From an uncultured Actinomycetota bacterium (GTDB lineage Bacteria > Actinomycetota > Actinomycetes > Mycobacteriales > Cryptosporangiaceae), in assembly GCA_963746095.1 (NCBI GenBank), contig CAVVAL010000006.1, positions 45,158-109,157 of the forward strand: DNA of 64,000 bases, written 5' to 3'. The translations under genes and the position numbers were made by a program. The notes beneath the pieces were generated by a model. It was given only the letters and a program-made list of their open reading frames with translations, was not told the origin of the DNA and ran no database searches. Positions 8,999 through 19,568 of the stretch are shown piece by piece; the first letter of the stretch is position 1, and every line of letters begins with the position of its first letter.

Positions 8999-11715
8999 CT
9001 ACATCCCCGTGCTCATGTCGACGAAGCGGCTGAAGTGACCCTGGAACGCGACCGTGATCGTGTCGGTCGGACCGTTACGGTGCTTGGCCACGATGAAGTC
9101 CGCCTCGCCCGCGCGCGGGGATTCCTTTTCGTAGTAATCCTCCCGGTGTAGGAGGATAACGGCGTCGGCGTCCTGTTCGATCGATCCCGATTCACGCAGG
9201 TCAGAGAGCTGCGGGCGCTTGTCGGTGCGCTGCTCGGGGCCACGGTTCAGCTGACTGACCGCGATCACCGGCACCTCCAGCTCCTTCGCGAGGAGCTTGA
9301 GACCACGGGAGAGTTCGGAGACTTCCTGCTGGCGGCTCTCGGTCTTCTTCGGCGAGCTCATCAGCTGGAGGTAGTCGAGCAGGATGAGCCGCAGGTCGTG
9401 CCGCTGCTTGAGCCGGCGGGCCTTCGCCCGGATCTCCATCATCGTCATGTTCGGCGAGTCGTCGATGTAGAGCGGAGCCTCGCTCACCTCACCCATCCGG
9501 CGAGCCAGCTTGGTCCAGTCGTCCTCGGACAGCTGGCCGGACCGGATGTGGTGCAGCGGCACCTTCGCCTCCGCCGAGAGCAGCCGCATGGTGATCTCGA
9601 TCTTGCTCATTTCCAGGCTGAACACCGCCGAGGTGAGCCCGTGCCGGATCGAGGCCGACCGCAGCACGTCCAGCCCGAACGTGGAGTTGTGCACGACGAT
9701 GTCGTTCGCGACGAAGTTGTGCGTGCCGTCGATCGTCAGGTCGTAGACCTCGGCCATGCCGTCCGGTTGGACCGAGACGATCGGATCCCACAGCACGTCG
9801 CTCTCGGCCAGCTCGCGCAGCGGCTGGGAGTCGAGCGCCTTGGCCAGCTCGGCCAGCCGATCCCGGCCGATGCCCTGCTTGCCGACGTGCCAGTTGTGGG
9901 TACGCGGGCGGCCGCACCGCTCGCTCACCTCGGCCCAGCTCTGCGTGCCCTTCTCGGCGAGCACCAGGTCCCACACCTCGACCGGGAGCAGGTCGGTGTT
10001 CGAGTGGGTCTTCCTGGTCTGGGTGGCCTGGTAGACGCGGTCGAGCTGGTCGGTCTTGCCGACGATGCCGATCTCTTCGCAGAACCGTTCGATCTGGCGG
10101 GCCTGGTGCAGCATGACCTGCCAGGCCCAGCGCTGCTCGCCCCGGTACTTGACCTTCTTCTTGACCAGATCCGCGGTGAGGCCGAACCGGAGCAGCAGGT
10201 GCTGAACGTCCCGGGCGAGCCGCTCGCTGATCGAGCAGTAGCCGACCTGCACCAGCTTCTTGCCGACCTTCGTGTCCGAGACGCTGGCCCAGCCGTCGGT
10301 GGCGTAGAGCCGGGACAGGAAGATCCGCAGCTGCCACGTGCTGAGCCGGTGGTACGCGGCCGGCACGTGCTTCTCCGCACTGCCCAGCCCCATCAGGCCG
10401 ACGCTCTTGAGGTGCTCCGTGAGCGGGTTCGGCAGCCGACTCGGAGTGGAGAAGCTCAGCGCGGTCGAATGGCGGTGCTGGCCGGGCTCGTCGTCCCGCT
10501 GCTGCTGATCGGGGTCGGCGCAGTCCTCGGCCTCGCAAAGCCGATAGGCCACCGGACGGACGTCCAGGCCGAGCTGGCGGCACACCGCGTTGCGTCTGCG
10601 AGGATGCCGCGGATTCATCGCAGCTGAGGCGGGGGGTTTCAGAGGTCAGCGAGCCGTCGCCGATCAGGATACGCGGTGAGCGAGACGAGCGCGTCGGGCA
10701 GCTCATCATTGGCTTCCACCCGCACGTTCCGGGGAACCGCGATGTGGTCGCCCTTGCGCAGTTCCTCCAGCGGTACCCAGCCGCGCAGCGTCCGCATCGG
10801 GTGGTTCGCGGTGGCGCTGATGCTGCGGCCCGAGCGGGTCGTCATCCGGAAGACCGGCCGGACACCGTTGTGCAGGAAGTCCGACGGCCGTACGGTGTCC
10901 AGCGTCCAGTCGTCCCGCATCGTGTGCAGCCGCACCGGCTCACCGGCCTGGCCACGCCGGACGAACTCGGCGACGGTCATTCGCTCGCCGCTCGCCGCTT
11001 CGGTGATCAATGTGTCAAAACGGACACACTTACCCAAACCGGGCCTGGCAGCCACGACGATCAGCTGGCCCGGGTGGAAGCCGTTCATCAGCCGGTCGAG
11101 ATCCATGAAGCCGGTCGGGACGCCGCTCATGATGCCGCCGGTCGCGCCGATGGCCTCGATCTCGTCCATCGTCGGCTGGAGCAGCTCCTCGAGGACCGTG
11201 TAGTCCTCGCTGGTGCGCCGCTCGGTCACCTCGTAGACGGCCTGCTGGGCCAGGTCCACGACGTCGTCGACGTCCCGGCCTTGGCCGCTGGCGGCGCCCT
11301 GCCCGAGCTGGACGATCCGGGTACCGGCCTCGATCAGCCGCCGCAGGACCGCACGCTCGGAGACGATCTTGGCGTAGTAGCCGGCGTTCGCCGCCGTGGG
11401 CACGAGGTTGATCAGCGTGTGCAGGTACGAGGCGCCGCCGATCCGGCCCAGCCCGCCGCTGTCCGCCAGCGCGGCGGCCACCGTCACCGGGTCAGCCGGC
11501 TCGCCCCGCCCGTAAAGATCCAGAACGGCGTCGAAGACCGTCGCGTGGGCGGGCTTGTAGAAGTCTCCGGCCTTGAGGATCTCGACGACGTCGGCGATGG
11601 CGTCCTTGCTCAGCAGCATGCCGCCGAGGACGCTCTGCTCCGCCGCGAGATCCTGCGGCGGCATCCGGTCGTACTCCGTCGGTGCGACAGGCCGCACATC
11701 GTCCGTGACTGCCAC
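8999..11715 (-). CDS. dnaB: Replicative DNA helicase DnaB interrupted by an intein in the Walker A (P-loop) motif; the intein portion contains a stop and frameshift(s)
   Basis: N-extein PPQDLAAEQSVLGGMLLS...GQLIVVAARPGLGK then intein C-VRFDTLI; C-extein resumes HN/STFGLDVLRSA...AVSQLNRGPEQRTDKRPQLSDLRESGSIEQDADAVILL. Exteins sum to ~457 aa, the normal DnaB size. Confidence 0.9.
9686..11028 (-). mobile_element. DnaB intein with LAGLIDADG homing-endonuclease domain (~447 aa)
   Basis: Starts with Cys after GLGK and ends VVHN before Ser+1. LAGLIDADG block 1 ILIGDGSL and block 2 FLSRLYATDGWAS / QHLLLRFGLTADLV. As read, the reading frame breaks twice between 10615 and 10665, once next to a G6 homopolymer. 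Confidence 0.8.
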
Positions 11716-11867
11716 GCCGCCCCCCACCGTTCGTTCCCCGTACGTCGCGTGTGCAACGTGTGTACCAACCGGGTGTGTCAAAACCGTGCGGATGATGCCG
11801 ATGTGACCGGCACTTCCGGGTGGCGCCCATGACAGTAGGGAGTCGCGGCACCCCGGCGCACTCCTGG

Positions 11868-12005
11868 CTGTGCACATAGCTGTGCTCAGCCTGTGGATTA
11901 CGGTGGGTAACCCTGTGCGGTACCTGTGTGCAGCCTGTGGACAACTTGGGGAAACAGCTGTGCACACCGCTTCTCACCTGGGAAAACACCGTGCACCTGC
12001 TGTGG
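11868..12005. promoter_or_regulatory. Phased array of ~8 CTGTG(G/C)A motifs (DnaA-box-like TGTGGACAA) between rplI and dnaB
   Basis: CTGTG starts at 11868, 11880, 11891, 11913, 11924, 11935, 11958 and 12000; gaps of 12, 11, 22, 11, 11, 23 and 42 bp are multiples of ~11. The 15-mer gcctgtggacaactt (11933-11947) is identical to 61921-61935 upstream of dnaA. Confidence 0.55.
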
Positions 12006-12342
12006 AACCAAGAAACTTGGCAAGAAAGTTCGCGGCCGGCGCGTCCACGGCCACCGACGCCCGGCCGGGCGTCCCGGGGGGCTGAACGCGAACCAGCCTC
12101 CGAAGTCGGGGCGCCCGTAGAGAACGCCCTGCTCATCGGGGTTCGGCACAGCGTGACGACCGGTCCGCGAGGATTGCCGCACAGACGGCGTGGAGAACTG
12201 GAAGTCCGATCTGTCCGGACTTACTCGCTGTCGACAACTCCTGCCGCTCCGCACACGCCGATCAGGCCCGCGAAGCAGAGTTATCCACAGAACGCCGGAG
12301 AGCCGGCCCGAACGGGGGCCGGCTCTCCGGAAGGAACTGAAA

Positions 12343-12789
12343 TCAGGCGGCGACGACGTCGATCGTGATGGTCGCCGTCACGTCGCCGTGGATCTTCACG
12401 GTGACCTTGTGCGCGCCGGCCGTCTTGATGTGGCCGGGCAGCTCGACGCTGCGCTTGTCCAGCACCGGGCCGCCAGCGGCCTTGACCGCGCCGACCACGT
12501 CGTTCGAGGTGACCGAGCCGAACAGCCGGCCGCCCTCGCCCGCGCGGGTCTTGAGCGACACCTTGAGGCCCTCGAGCTGCGCCTTGATCTCCTTGGCGTG
12601 GCCGAGGTCGCGCACCTCGCGCACCGAGCGGGCGCGCTTGATCGCGGTGACCTGCTTCTCGGCGCCCTTGGTGGCGATGATCGCCTTGCTCTGCGGCAGC
12701 AGGTAGTTCCGGCCGTAGCCGTCCTTGACCTCTACCACGTCGCCCGGCGCGCCGAGCCCGTCAACGTCTGCGGTGAGAATGATCTTCAT
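12343..12789 (-). CDS. rplI: 50S ribosomal protein L9
   Basis: MKIILTADVDGLGAPGDVVEVKDGYGRNYLLPQ..., 148 aa. Confidence 0.95.
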   Translation of the reverse strand: MKIILTADVDGLGAPGDVVEVKDGYGRNYLLPQSKAIIATKGAEKQVTAIKRARSVREVRDLGHAKEIKAQLEGLKVSLKTRAGEGGRLFGSVTSNDVVGAVKAAGGPVLDKRSVELPGHIKTAGAHKVTVKIHGDVTATITIDVVAA

Positions 12790-12803
12790 CTGTCGGACCC
12801 CTC

Positions 12804-13040
12804 TCAGCGGGACGTGCTGGAGTAGGGGAGCAGCGCCATCTCACGGGCGTTCTTGATCGCCTTGGCGATCTGTCGCTGCTGCTGGCTGGACACCCCGGTG
12901 ACCCGACGGGCCCGGATCTTGCCGCGGTCGGAAATGAACTTCCGCAGCAGGTTGGTGTCCTTGTAGTCGATGTAGCGGATCTTGTCCTTGTCGAGCGGAT
13001 TGACCTTCTTCTTAGGCTTCCGCACCGGCGGCTTCGCCAT
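12804..13040 (-). CDS. rpsR: 30S ribosomal protein S18
   Basis: [50 protein letters not shown], 78 aa. Confidence 0.95.
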   Translation of the reverse strand: MAKPPVRKPKKKVNPLDKDKIRYIDYKDTNLLRKFISDRGKIRARRVTGVSSQQQRQIAKAIKNAREMALLPYSSTSR

Positions 13041-13093
13041 GGTGATGCTCCGTTATCTCGTTCAGAAGTCAGGAATCGTGTGTGTTGGAGCGG

Positions 13094-13612
13094 TCAGAAC
13101 GGGGGTTCGTCGCTGAACGAACCGCCGCCGCCACCGCTCGCCGCGGGAGTGGCCGCTGCCCAGGGGTCGTCCGCCGGAGCGCCAGCGCCGCCGCCGGAGG
13201 CACCGAATCCGCCGCCACCGCCCCCGCCACCGCCGCCAGCACCGCTACGCGCGGTCTTGTTGACCTTGGCGGTGGCGCTGCGCAGGGACGGGCCGAGCTC
13301 GTCGACCTCGACCTCGTAGACCGTGCGCTTCTCGCCCTCGCGAGTCTCGTACGACCGCTGCTTGAGCCGGCCCTGCACGATCACGCGCATGCCACGCTGC
13401 AGCGACTCGGCCACGTTCTCCGCAGCCTGACGCCACACGTTGCAGGTCAGGAAGAGGCTTTCGCCGTCCTTCCACTCACCGCTCGTGCGGTCGTAGGTGC
13501 GCGGAGTCGAGGCGAGCCGGAACTTCGCGACGGCCGCGCCGCTCTGGGTGAACCGGAGCTCGGGGTCGTCGACGAGGTTGCCGACCAGGGTGATGACGGT
13601 TTCGCCTGCCAT
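13094..13612 (-). CDS. ssb: Single-stranded DNA-binding protein
   Basis: OB-fold N-terminus, Gly-rich tail and acidic tip ...FSDEPPF, 172 aa. Confidence 0.95.
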   Translation of the reverse strand: MAGETVITLVGNLVDDPELRFTQSGAAVAKFRLASTPRTYDRTSGEWKDGESLFLTCNVWRQAAENVAESLQRGMRVIVQGRLKQRSYETREGEKRTVYEVEVDELGPSLRSATAKVNKTARSGAGGGGGGGGGGFGASGGGAGAPADDPWAAATPAASGGGGGSFSDEPPF

Positions 13613-13704
13613 TGGAGAACTCCTCCTACCGGAACGCGCCGGCCGCGTTCGCGTCGACGTTCGAGCTCAAGATTCTCAGCCCGGTACGACGGAACGCGAC
13701 GTGG

Positions 13705-14022
13705 TCACTTCTTGCGGTCGCGACGGTTGGTCGAGCGCATCTCCGGCCGGAGGACCTTGGTGCGCAGCACGGACTCGTTCAGGTTGAGCTGCCGGTCGAG
13801 CTCCAGCACGGCGGCCGGCTCAGCCTGCAGGTCGACCACGGCGTAGAGGCCTTCGACCTTCTTGTTGATTTCGAAGGAGAGCCGACGACGGCCCCACACA
13901 TCTACCTTCTCGACACTGCCGCCCGACGTGCGGATCACGTTGAGGAACGTGTCCAGCGACGGGGCGACGGTGCGCTCCTCGAGATCGGGGTCGAGGATCA
14001 CCATGACTTCGTAGTGACGCAA
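13705..14022 (-). CDS. rpsF: 30S ribosomal protein S6
   Basis: [15 protein letters not shown]...; start assigned to TTG 14022, preceded by AGGAGG with a 10-nt spacer. The listed GTG at 14034 overlaps the RBS and is unlikely to be used. Confidence 0.9.
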   Translation of the reverse strand: MRHYEVMVILDPDLEERTVAPSLDTFLNVIRTSGGSVEKVDVWGRRRLSFEINKKVEGLYAVVDLQAEPAAVLELDRQLNLNESVLRTKVLRPEMRSTNRRDRKK

Positions 14023-14208
14023 GGGAAAACCCACCTCCTATGGTCTCAGCGGCCACGGTCTCTCCGTGGCAGGAGGGTCATTCGCGTCAGCGAACCGAGG
14101 AAGCCTAACAGCCACGGGGCGCCGGCTCCGAATCCGTGGGTGGGACCTGGGGAGGAATGACCACACCAACGTGTTGGAACCGACGCCCCGTGGGGATCGA
14201 GATGCCGC

Positions 14209-15076
14209 TCAGCTGTGCGTGGCGACGCTTCGCTGAGCGAGCACGGTGCGGATCGCCGCCGAGCCGACGCCGCCCAGCAGGACGGTCGCGACCAGGATCA
14301 GCAGGCCGATTCCGCCGCCGACACTGGTCACCTCGGTGCTCCGGCCGGCCACGTTCTCCTTGCCGGAGGCCGACTCCTCGGGCGTCACCTCGCCCGGGTC
14401 CTGGCTCGCCGAGCCAGCCTCCTCGGTGGCCGTCGGCAGATCGGCGCTGGCCATGCCGCCGCGGGCGACCGGGCTGCGGCCGAGCGACGGCGGGCTCTGC
14501 GGTGCGCCAGGTGACGACCACCGGAGGTAGCTGTCCACCGGCCGGCGTGGACGCCCCCGGGCCGGGCACGGACGGCACGCCCGGGTTACCTGGGGTGCCG
14601 GGCTGGCTCGGGCCGGGCTGACTCGGTTGGGTCGGCGCGGCGGTCGGCGGGGTGGTGCGCGGGGCCGCGGCCACGTTGACCGTGCCGGTGGGCGAGGTGA
14701 GGGTGCCGACCAGCGGGATGTTCAGCGCGGCGGCGCTGGCCTTCATCTGCTTGGCGGACGACGCGCCCTGGAACGTGAAGGTCCGGCTCGCGCCCTTGGC
14801 CAGCTGGTACGACTGGCCGCCGAGGCTCAGCGTGAGCGGCACGCTGGCCCCGTTCACGAACGTCAGCCGGCCACCGGACGGCACGCTCACCGCGGTCGGC
14901 GTGACCGCGAGGCTGTCCAGCAGCCCGAGCAGGCTGATGCCCTTGAAAGTCATCGTGGGCGCGGGTGCGGGTTCGGCGGCGGCGGCCGGCGACGCGATGA
15001 ACGCGCCGATGCTGAGCGAGCTGAGCGTTAACACGCCGAGAGTGGCGGCGGCGCGGCGCACTCGCGTGGCCATGGT
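14209..15076 (-). CDS. Secreted, C-terminally membrane-anchored Pro-rich protein; frameshift near 14540
   Basis: Signal peptide MATRVRRAAATLGVLTLSSLSIGAFIASPAAAA, a Pro-rich linker (PTQPSQPGPSQPGTPGNPG), then a second frame ending in a TM anchor (GGGIGLLILVATVLLGGVGSAAIRTVLAQRS). Confidence 0.5.
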
Positions 15077-15316
15077 GCTGCTGCCGGCAGGCAGTCGAGA
15101 ACTCGACACGATTGCGGTCTCCCCCAGGTCACAGGTCTACGTTGGCCCCCCAACGATCTTCATACTTCACTCGCTTCAACGAAGTTGCCAGCCGAAGGTG
15201 ACGCCCGAGGTGTACATCTTTCACTGATTTCCACGGGCCGAACGTGAGAGCGGCGCCGCGCCGGTTATCCACAGGGCTCGATCCGGCTTGTCGGTGCCAC
15301 GCCGTACCCTCGGCGC

Positions 15317-16093
15317 ATGCGAATCGGAGCCCACGTCGATCCTGCCGACCCGCTCGCCGAGGCCGAGGCCCGCAAGGCGGAGCTGGTGCAGTTCTTCCTG
15401 TCCGACCCGCAGGGCTGGAAGAAGCCCAAGCCCCGGGAGGACGCGGCGGCCATCCTCGCCAGCGGCCTGGACGTCTACATCCATGCGCCGTACATCGTGA
15501 ACCTGGCGAGCACCAACAACCGGATCCGGATCCCGTCCCGGAACCTGCTCACCCAGCACGCCGACGCGGCCGCCGAGGTGGGCGCCAAGGGTCTGATCGT
15601 GCACGGCGGGCACGTCACCCAGGACGACGATCCGAACGTCGGCTTCGAGAACTGGCGCAAGGCGTTCGTGGCCGCCGAGGAGAAGGGCGGCTACAAGACG
15701 CAGATCCTGGTCGAGAACACGGCCGGCGGTGATCATGCGATCGCGCGCCGGTTCGACCGGCTGGCCCGGCTCTGGGACGCCATCGGCGAGTTCGGCCCCG
15801 GGTTCTGCCTGGACACCTGCCATGCGCACGCGGGCGGCGAGGAACTGCTGGACATCGTCGAGCGGATCAAGGCGATCACCGGCCGGATCGATCTGGTGCA
15901 CGCGAACGACTCCAAGGACGGCTTCGACTCCGGCCGGGACCGGCACGAGAATCTCGGCGAAGGCCAGATCGACGCCGAGCTGCTCGTCGCCACGGTGGCC
16001 GCGGCCGGCGCGCCGGTGGTGTGCGAGACGCCCGGCGGTGCCGAGGGTCAGGGCGCCGACATCGCGTTCCTCCGCTCCCGCCTGGGTAGCTGA
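15317..16093 (+). CDS. nfo: Endonuclease IV (AP endonuclease family 2)
   Basis: MRIGAHVD...VENTAGG...[11 protein letters not shown]...[12 protein letters not shown], the Nfo metal-binding signature blocks; 258 aa. Confidence 0.8.
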   Translation: MRIGAHVDPADPLAEAEARKAELVQFFLSDPQGWKKPKPREDAAAILASGLDVYIHAPYIVNLASTNNRIRIPSRNLLTQHADAAAEVGAKGLIVHGGHVTQDDDPNVGFENWRKAFVAAEEKGGYKTQILVENTAGGDHAIARRFDRLARLWDAIGEFGPGFCLDTCHAHAGGEELLDIVERIKAITGRIDLVHANDSKDGFDSGRDRHENLGEGQIDAELLVATVAAAGAPVVCETPGGAEGQGADIAFLRSRLGS

Positions 16094-16214
16094 GCGGCGC
16101 GGTGGCGAAGGCAGCCGGCGGGGACGCCACCCCGCCCACCGCGGCGGTGGCCACAGCCCAGCCCGAGCGGCCGGAGGGCCGCGCGCGTTCCCGTGCGCGA
16201 GGCGGTCCTTGGCG

Positions 16215-17996
16215 GTGGTCCGGCGCGAGGCCGTGCTGGCCCCGCTCGGCGCGCTGCTGCTCGCCGTGCTGATGACCTGGCCGACGCTGCGCCATCCGGC
16301 CAGCACCGTGCCGCAGGACGTCTGCGACCCGCTGGTCTTCGCCTGGATCCTGGCCTGGCCCGGCCACGTCCTGAGCACCGATCCCGGCGCCCTCTGGCAG
16401 GGCAACATCTACTTCCCCGAGCTGGACAGCTTCGCGTTCACCGACAGCCTGCTCGGCTACTTCCCGCTCTCCCTGATCGGCTCCGGGCCGGAGGCGGCGC
16501 TGGTCCGCTACAACGTCGTCTACGTGCTGGTTCCGGCGATCGCGTTCCTCGGCGCGTACGCGCTGGCCCGTCAGCTCGGCGCCCGCTGGCCGGGTGCGCT
16601 GGTCGCCGGCGCCGCGTTCGCGTACGCGCCGTGGCGGCTCGCGCACTCGGGCCACGTCAACGTGCTCTCGGTGGGCGGGATGGCGCTCGCGTTCGCCGCG
16701 CTCGCCCGGGGTCACGGGTACTCGTTCCGGCACGGCTACCGGCCCGATCGGGTCCGGCCCGGCTGGGCCGCCGCCGGCTGGGCGATCGGTTGCTGGCAGC
16801 TGACCTTGGGTTTCGCGGTCGGACTGCCGTTCGCCTACGTGCTCGCGCTGGTCTGCGTGGCCGCCGGAGTCGGCTGGCTGGTCGCCGGCAGGCCGGCCCT
16901 GCCGCGGCAGCTGTGGCTCGCCAACCTGGTCGGCGGGCTGGCGCTCGGGGCCACCGCGCTGCTGATGGGCACGCCGTACCTCCGGGTGGCCGACCGCTAT
17001 CCCAGCGCACTGCGCGGAGTGGACGACGTGCGGAGCTTCTCACCGCCGGTCGAGGGCTTCTTCCTCGCGCCGCCCACCTCGTGGGTCTGGGGCGACGTGC
17101 AGGAGTCGGCCCGCGAGCGGCTCTGGTCGGTGCCGGAGATGGCGATCCTGCCCGGGCTGGTGGTGTTCGCGCTGGCCGTGGCGAGCCTGGTGTTCAGCTC
17201 CTGGTCGGTGCGGCAGCGGCTCGCGCTCGGGCTGGCCACGCTGGCCTCGGTGGTCCTCGCCCTGGGCAGCACGTTCTTCGGCGGTCGGTACACCTACCTG
17301 CCGTTGCTCGATCACGCCCCGGGCTGGGACGCGCTGCGCACCCCCGGTCGGCTGGTCATCTGGACCACGCTCGGCCTCGGTCTGCTCGCCGCCGGGCTGG
17401 TCACCGCCATCGGGGACACGATCGCGCGCCGAGCGGCCACGGCGGAGAACGGACCGCCGGCCGCCGCGGCCTCGCAGCACCGGCCGTCGTCGCGCTGGTT
17501 GGTCGCGGCGCTGCTCATCCCGGGGTTGCTCGTGCTGGTCGAGGGGATCAACACGACACCGCACTTGAGCGTCCCGGCTCAGCCCGCCGCGATGCGCGAC
17601 GCCGCCGGCCCGCTGCTGGTGCTGCCGAGCGACAAGTACGCCGACATGGCGGTGGCACTCTGGTCGACCGACGGCTTCCCGAAGGTCGCGAACGGTTCGA
17701 GCAGCTTCAACCCGACGCTCGCTGGCGGAGCTGCGGGCAAGGACGTGAACTTCCCGGACGCCGAATCGATCGCGGTGCTGCGGGGGCGGGGGATCCGCAC
17801 GGTCATCGTCCTACGGGCGCCGGCCGCCGGCACCCCGCTGGCCCGCAGCCTGACCGCGCCGGTCGACGGGCTGCCGGTGACCAGGGTGGAGACGCCGGAC
17901 GCGGTCACCTTCACCCTGTCCGGCCCGGCGAAGGTTCCGTCCGGCCCCCCAGCCGGCCGCGAACCGAAGGCCGTCGCCCCGCCCAGCTGCCGCTAG
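16215..17996 (+). CDS. Polytopic integral membrane protein (hypothetical; Rv0051-like position)
   Basis: ~590 aa with >=10 hydrophobic segments. GTG start at 16215 (VVRREAVLAPLGALLLAVLMTWPT). Confidence 0.6.
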   Translation: MVRREAVLAPLGALLLAVLMTWPTLRHPASTVPQDVCDPLVFAWILAWPGHVLSTDPGALWQGNIYFPELDSFAFTDSLLGYFPLSLIGSGPEAALVRYNVVYVLVPAIAFLGAYALARQLGARWPGALVAGAAFAYAPWRLAHSGHVNVLSVGGMALAFAALARGHGYSFRHGYRPDRVRPGWAAAGWAIGCWQLTLGFAVGLPFAYVLALVCVAAGVGWLVAGRPALPRQLWLANLVGGLALGATALLMGTPYLRVADRYPSALRGVDDVRSFSPPVEGFFLAPPTSWVWGDVQESARERLWSVPEMAILPGLVVFALAVASLVFSSWSVRQRLALGLATLASVVLALGSTFFGGRYTYLPLLDHAPGWDALRTPGRLVIWTTLGLGLLAAGLVTAIGDTIARRAATAENGPPAAAASQHRPSSRWLVAALLIPGLLVLVEGINTTPHLSVPAQPAAMRDAAGPLLVLPSDKYADMAVALWSTDGFPKVANGSSSFNPTLAGGAAGKDVNFPDAESIAVLRGRGIRTVIVLRAPAAGTPLARSLTAPVDGLPVTRVETPDAVTFTLSGPAKVPSGPPAGREPKAVAPPSCR

Positions 17997-18060
17997 CGAC
18001 CGGGTTCGAGCACTGACCGCGAGCCGGTGCCGGCCGGCGCGGTGCCCGTAACGTCCGCGC

Positions 18061-18250
18061 CAGCCAGCTCAGCCGGACAGCTCAGCCGGCCCAACGCCAG
18101 CCGGGCTCAGCCCGGCCAGCGCCAGCCAGCTCGGGCGGTCGCCTCAGCCGCCAGCGCCAGCCAGCTCAGCCCGGCCAGCCGGGCGGTCGGCTCAGCCGCC
18201 AGCGCCAGCCAGCTCAGCCGGCCCAAGGCCAGCCGGCCCAACCGGTCAGC
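18061..18250. repeat. Imperfect tandem repeat (~48-bp unit, ~4 copies) between convergent genes
   Basis: Units gggcggtcgSctcagccgccagcgccagccagctcagccSggccagcc at 18133-18180 and 18181-18228, plus degenerate copies from 18061. Intergenic, lying between 17996 (+ gene end) and 18251 (- gene end). Confidence 0.7.
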
Positions 18251-19568
18251 TCAGCCGGCCCAGCGCCAGGTCGTGAAGGCGGCGGCCAGGAAGACCGCGA
18301 TCGGTACGGCCAGGAACAGGTACACGCGCGTGACGACCTTGCCGTACCGCGGGTGCGCGCCCAGGCCGGCGAGGCCGATCCAGAGCGGCCACCAGAGCAG
18401 CGTCGCCCTGGCCGTGGAGAAGTACATGCCCGAGGTGGTCAGCGCGACCAGCGACGTGGCGACGTACACCGCCTCGCCGTAGCGCAGCTTGCGCCAGCAG
18501 GAAGATCACCAGGCCGACGCCGATCGCGACGGCGAGGATCTCCAGCCGGTACGCCCACTGCCAGGTCGGCGCGCCGCCCTGGGTGAACGCGGCGTTCCAC
18601 ATGCTGTGGAAAGTCTTGGAGAAGCCGGCGTACTCGCGGCCCCAGCCGAGCTTCTGCGCCTCGAAGTAGTAGTTCCAGCTGCCGGTGCTGGACTTGAGGT
18701 AGCCGAAGTAGGCGATGACCGGCAGGAACGGCAGCGCGAGCCAGGCGGCCTGCCAGATCCGGGTCGGCGCGGCGCCGGGGTGGGCCGGAGCGCGGAACCG
18801 GGCCGGCAGCCAGGTGGAGACGAACTCGACGATGAGCGCCGCCGCGAGGAAGAGCCCGGTGATCCGGATGCAGCTCGCCCCGGCAGCCAGCGCACCGGCG
18901 GCCAGCCAGCGGCCACGCCGGGCCATCAGCCAGGCGGGCATGGCGAACGCCAGGAACAGCGACTCCGTGTACCCGGCGGCGAGGAAGACGCCCAGCGGCG
19001 AGACGCAGAGCAACAGCGCGGCCCGTGCGCCGACTCCGGTGCCGAACTCGTCCTCGGCCAACCGTGCCATCGCCATCACCGCGATGCCGCCGCCGACGAA
19101 CGAGATCAGCAGGCCGGCGACGATCCAGCTCGGCACGACCAGGTGCACGATCCAGAGCGCGGCCGGCATGCCGGGGAAGAAGGCCTCGTAGACGCCGGTG
19201 TCGCCGGGAATCTCGGTGTAACCGTGCTGGGCGATCTTGACGAAGTACTGGGTGTCCCAGGTGTACCAGCGTTCCAGGTACGGCCCGACCGGGTTGTCGT
19301 CCTTGGCGAAGACCCACGCGGCGTTGGCGGCGATCCACAGCGCGGCGAGCCGGGACAGCACCCACCACGCCAGCGCGTCCCGCTCCGGTGCGAACCGGCT
19401 GGACCGCAGCCGATCGAGCCAGGTCGACCCGTCGTCGACCGGGCCGGCAGCCGACTCGTCGGCCTCAGCGTTGTCGACCGGCTCGTCGGCGACCCGGACG
19501 TCGTCGGCCGGGTCGAGCGTCGACCGCCGTCCGTCGTCCTCGACCGTCGGGGGAGTCTGACCGCTCAT
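18251..19568 (-). CDS. Integral-membrane glycosyltransferase-like protein (GT-C type, mannosyltransferase-like); frameshift near 18480
   Basis: Starts MSGQTPPTVEDD (ATG 19568). Continues WYTWDTQYFVKIAQHGYTEIPGDTGVYEAFFPGMPAAL and many TM helices. The C-terminus runs on in ORF 18251..18469 (WWPLWIGLAGLGAHPRYGKVVTRVYLFLAVPIAVF). Confidence 0.6.

Noticed and set aside
10618-10641. dnaB annotated as two genes, or as a pseudogene because of the internal stop
   Set aside because: The interruption lies inside an intein whose both ends (Cys1 after GLGK; HN-S) are intact. dnaB is essential, so sequencing error is the parsimonious explanation.
11870-12368. Small plus-strand ORFs (71-146 aa) in the rplI-dnaB spacer
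   Set aside because: They overlap the phased CTGTG motif array and one another, and have no RBS or protein-like composition. The region is better explained as regulatory DNA.
17990-18015. Possible tRNA suggested by a GGTTCGAGC T-loop-like string
   Set aside because: No acceptor stem or anticodon arm could be built around it. It lies in the repeat-rich spacer after the membrane protein gene. No other tRNA-like cloverleaf was seen in the window.
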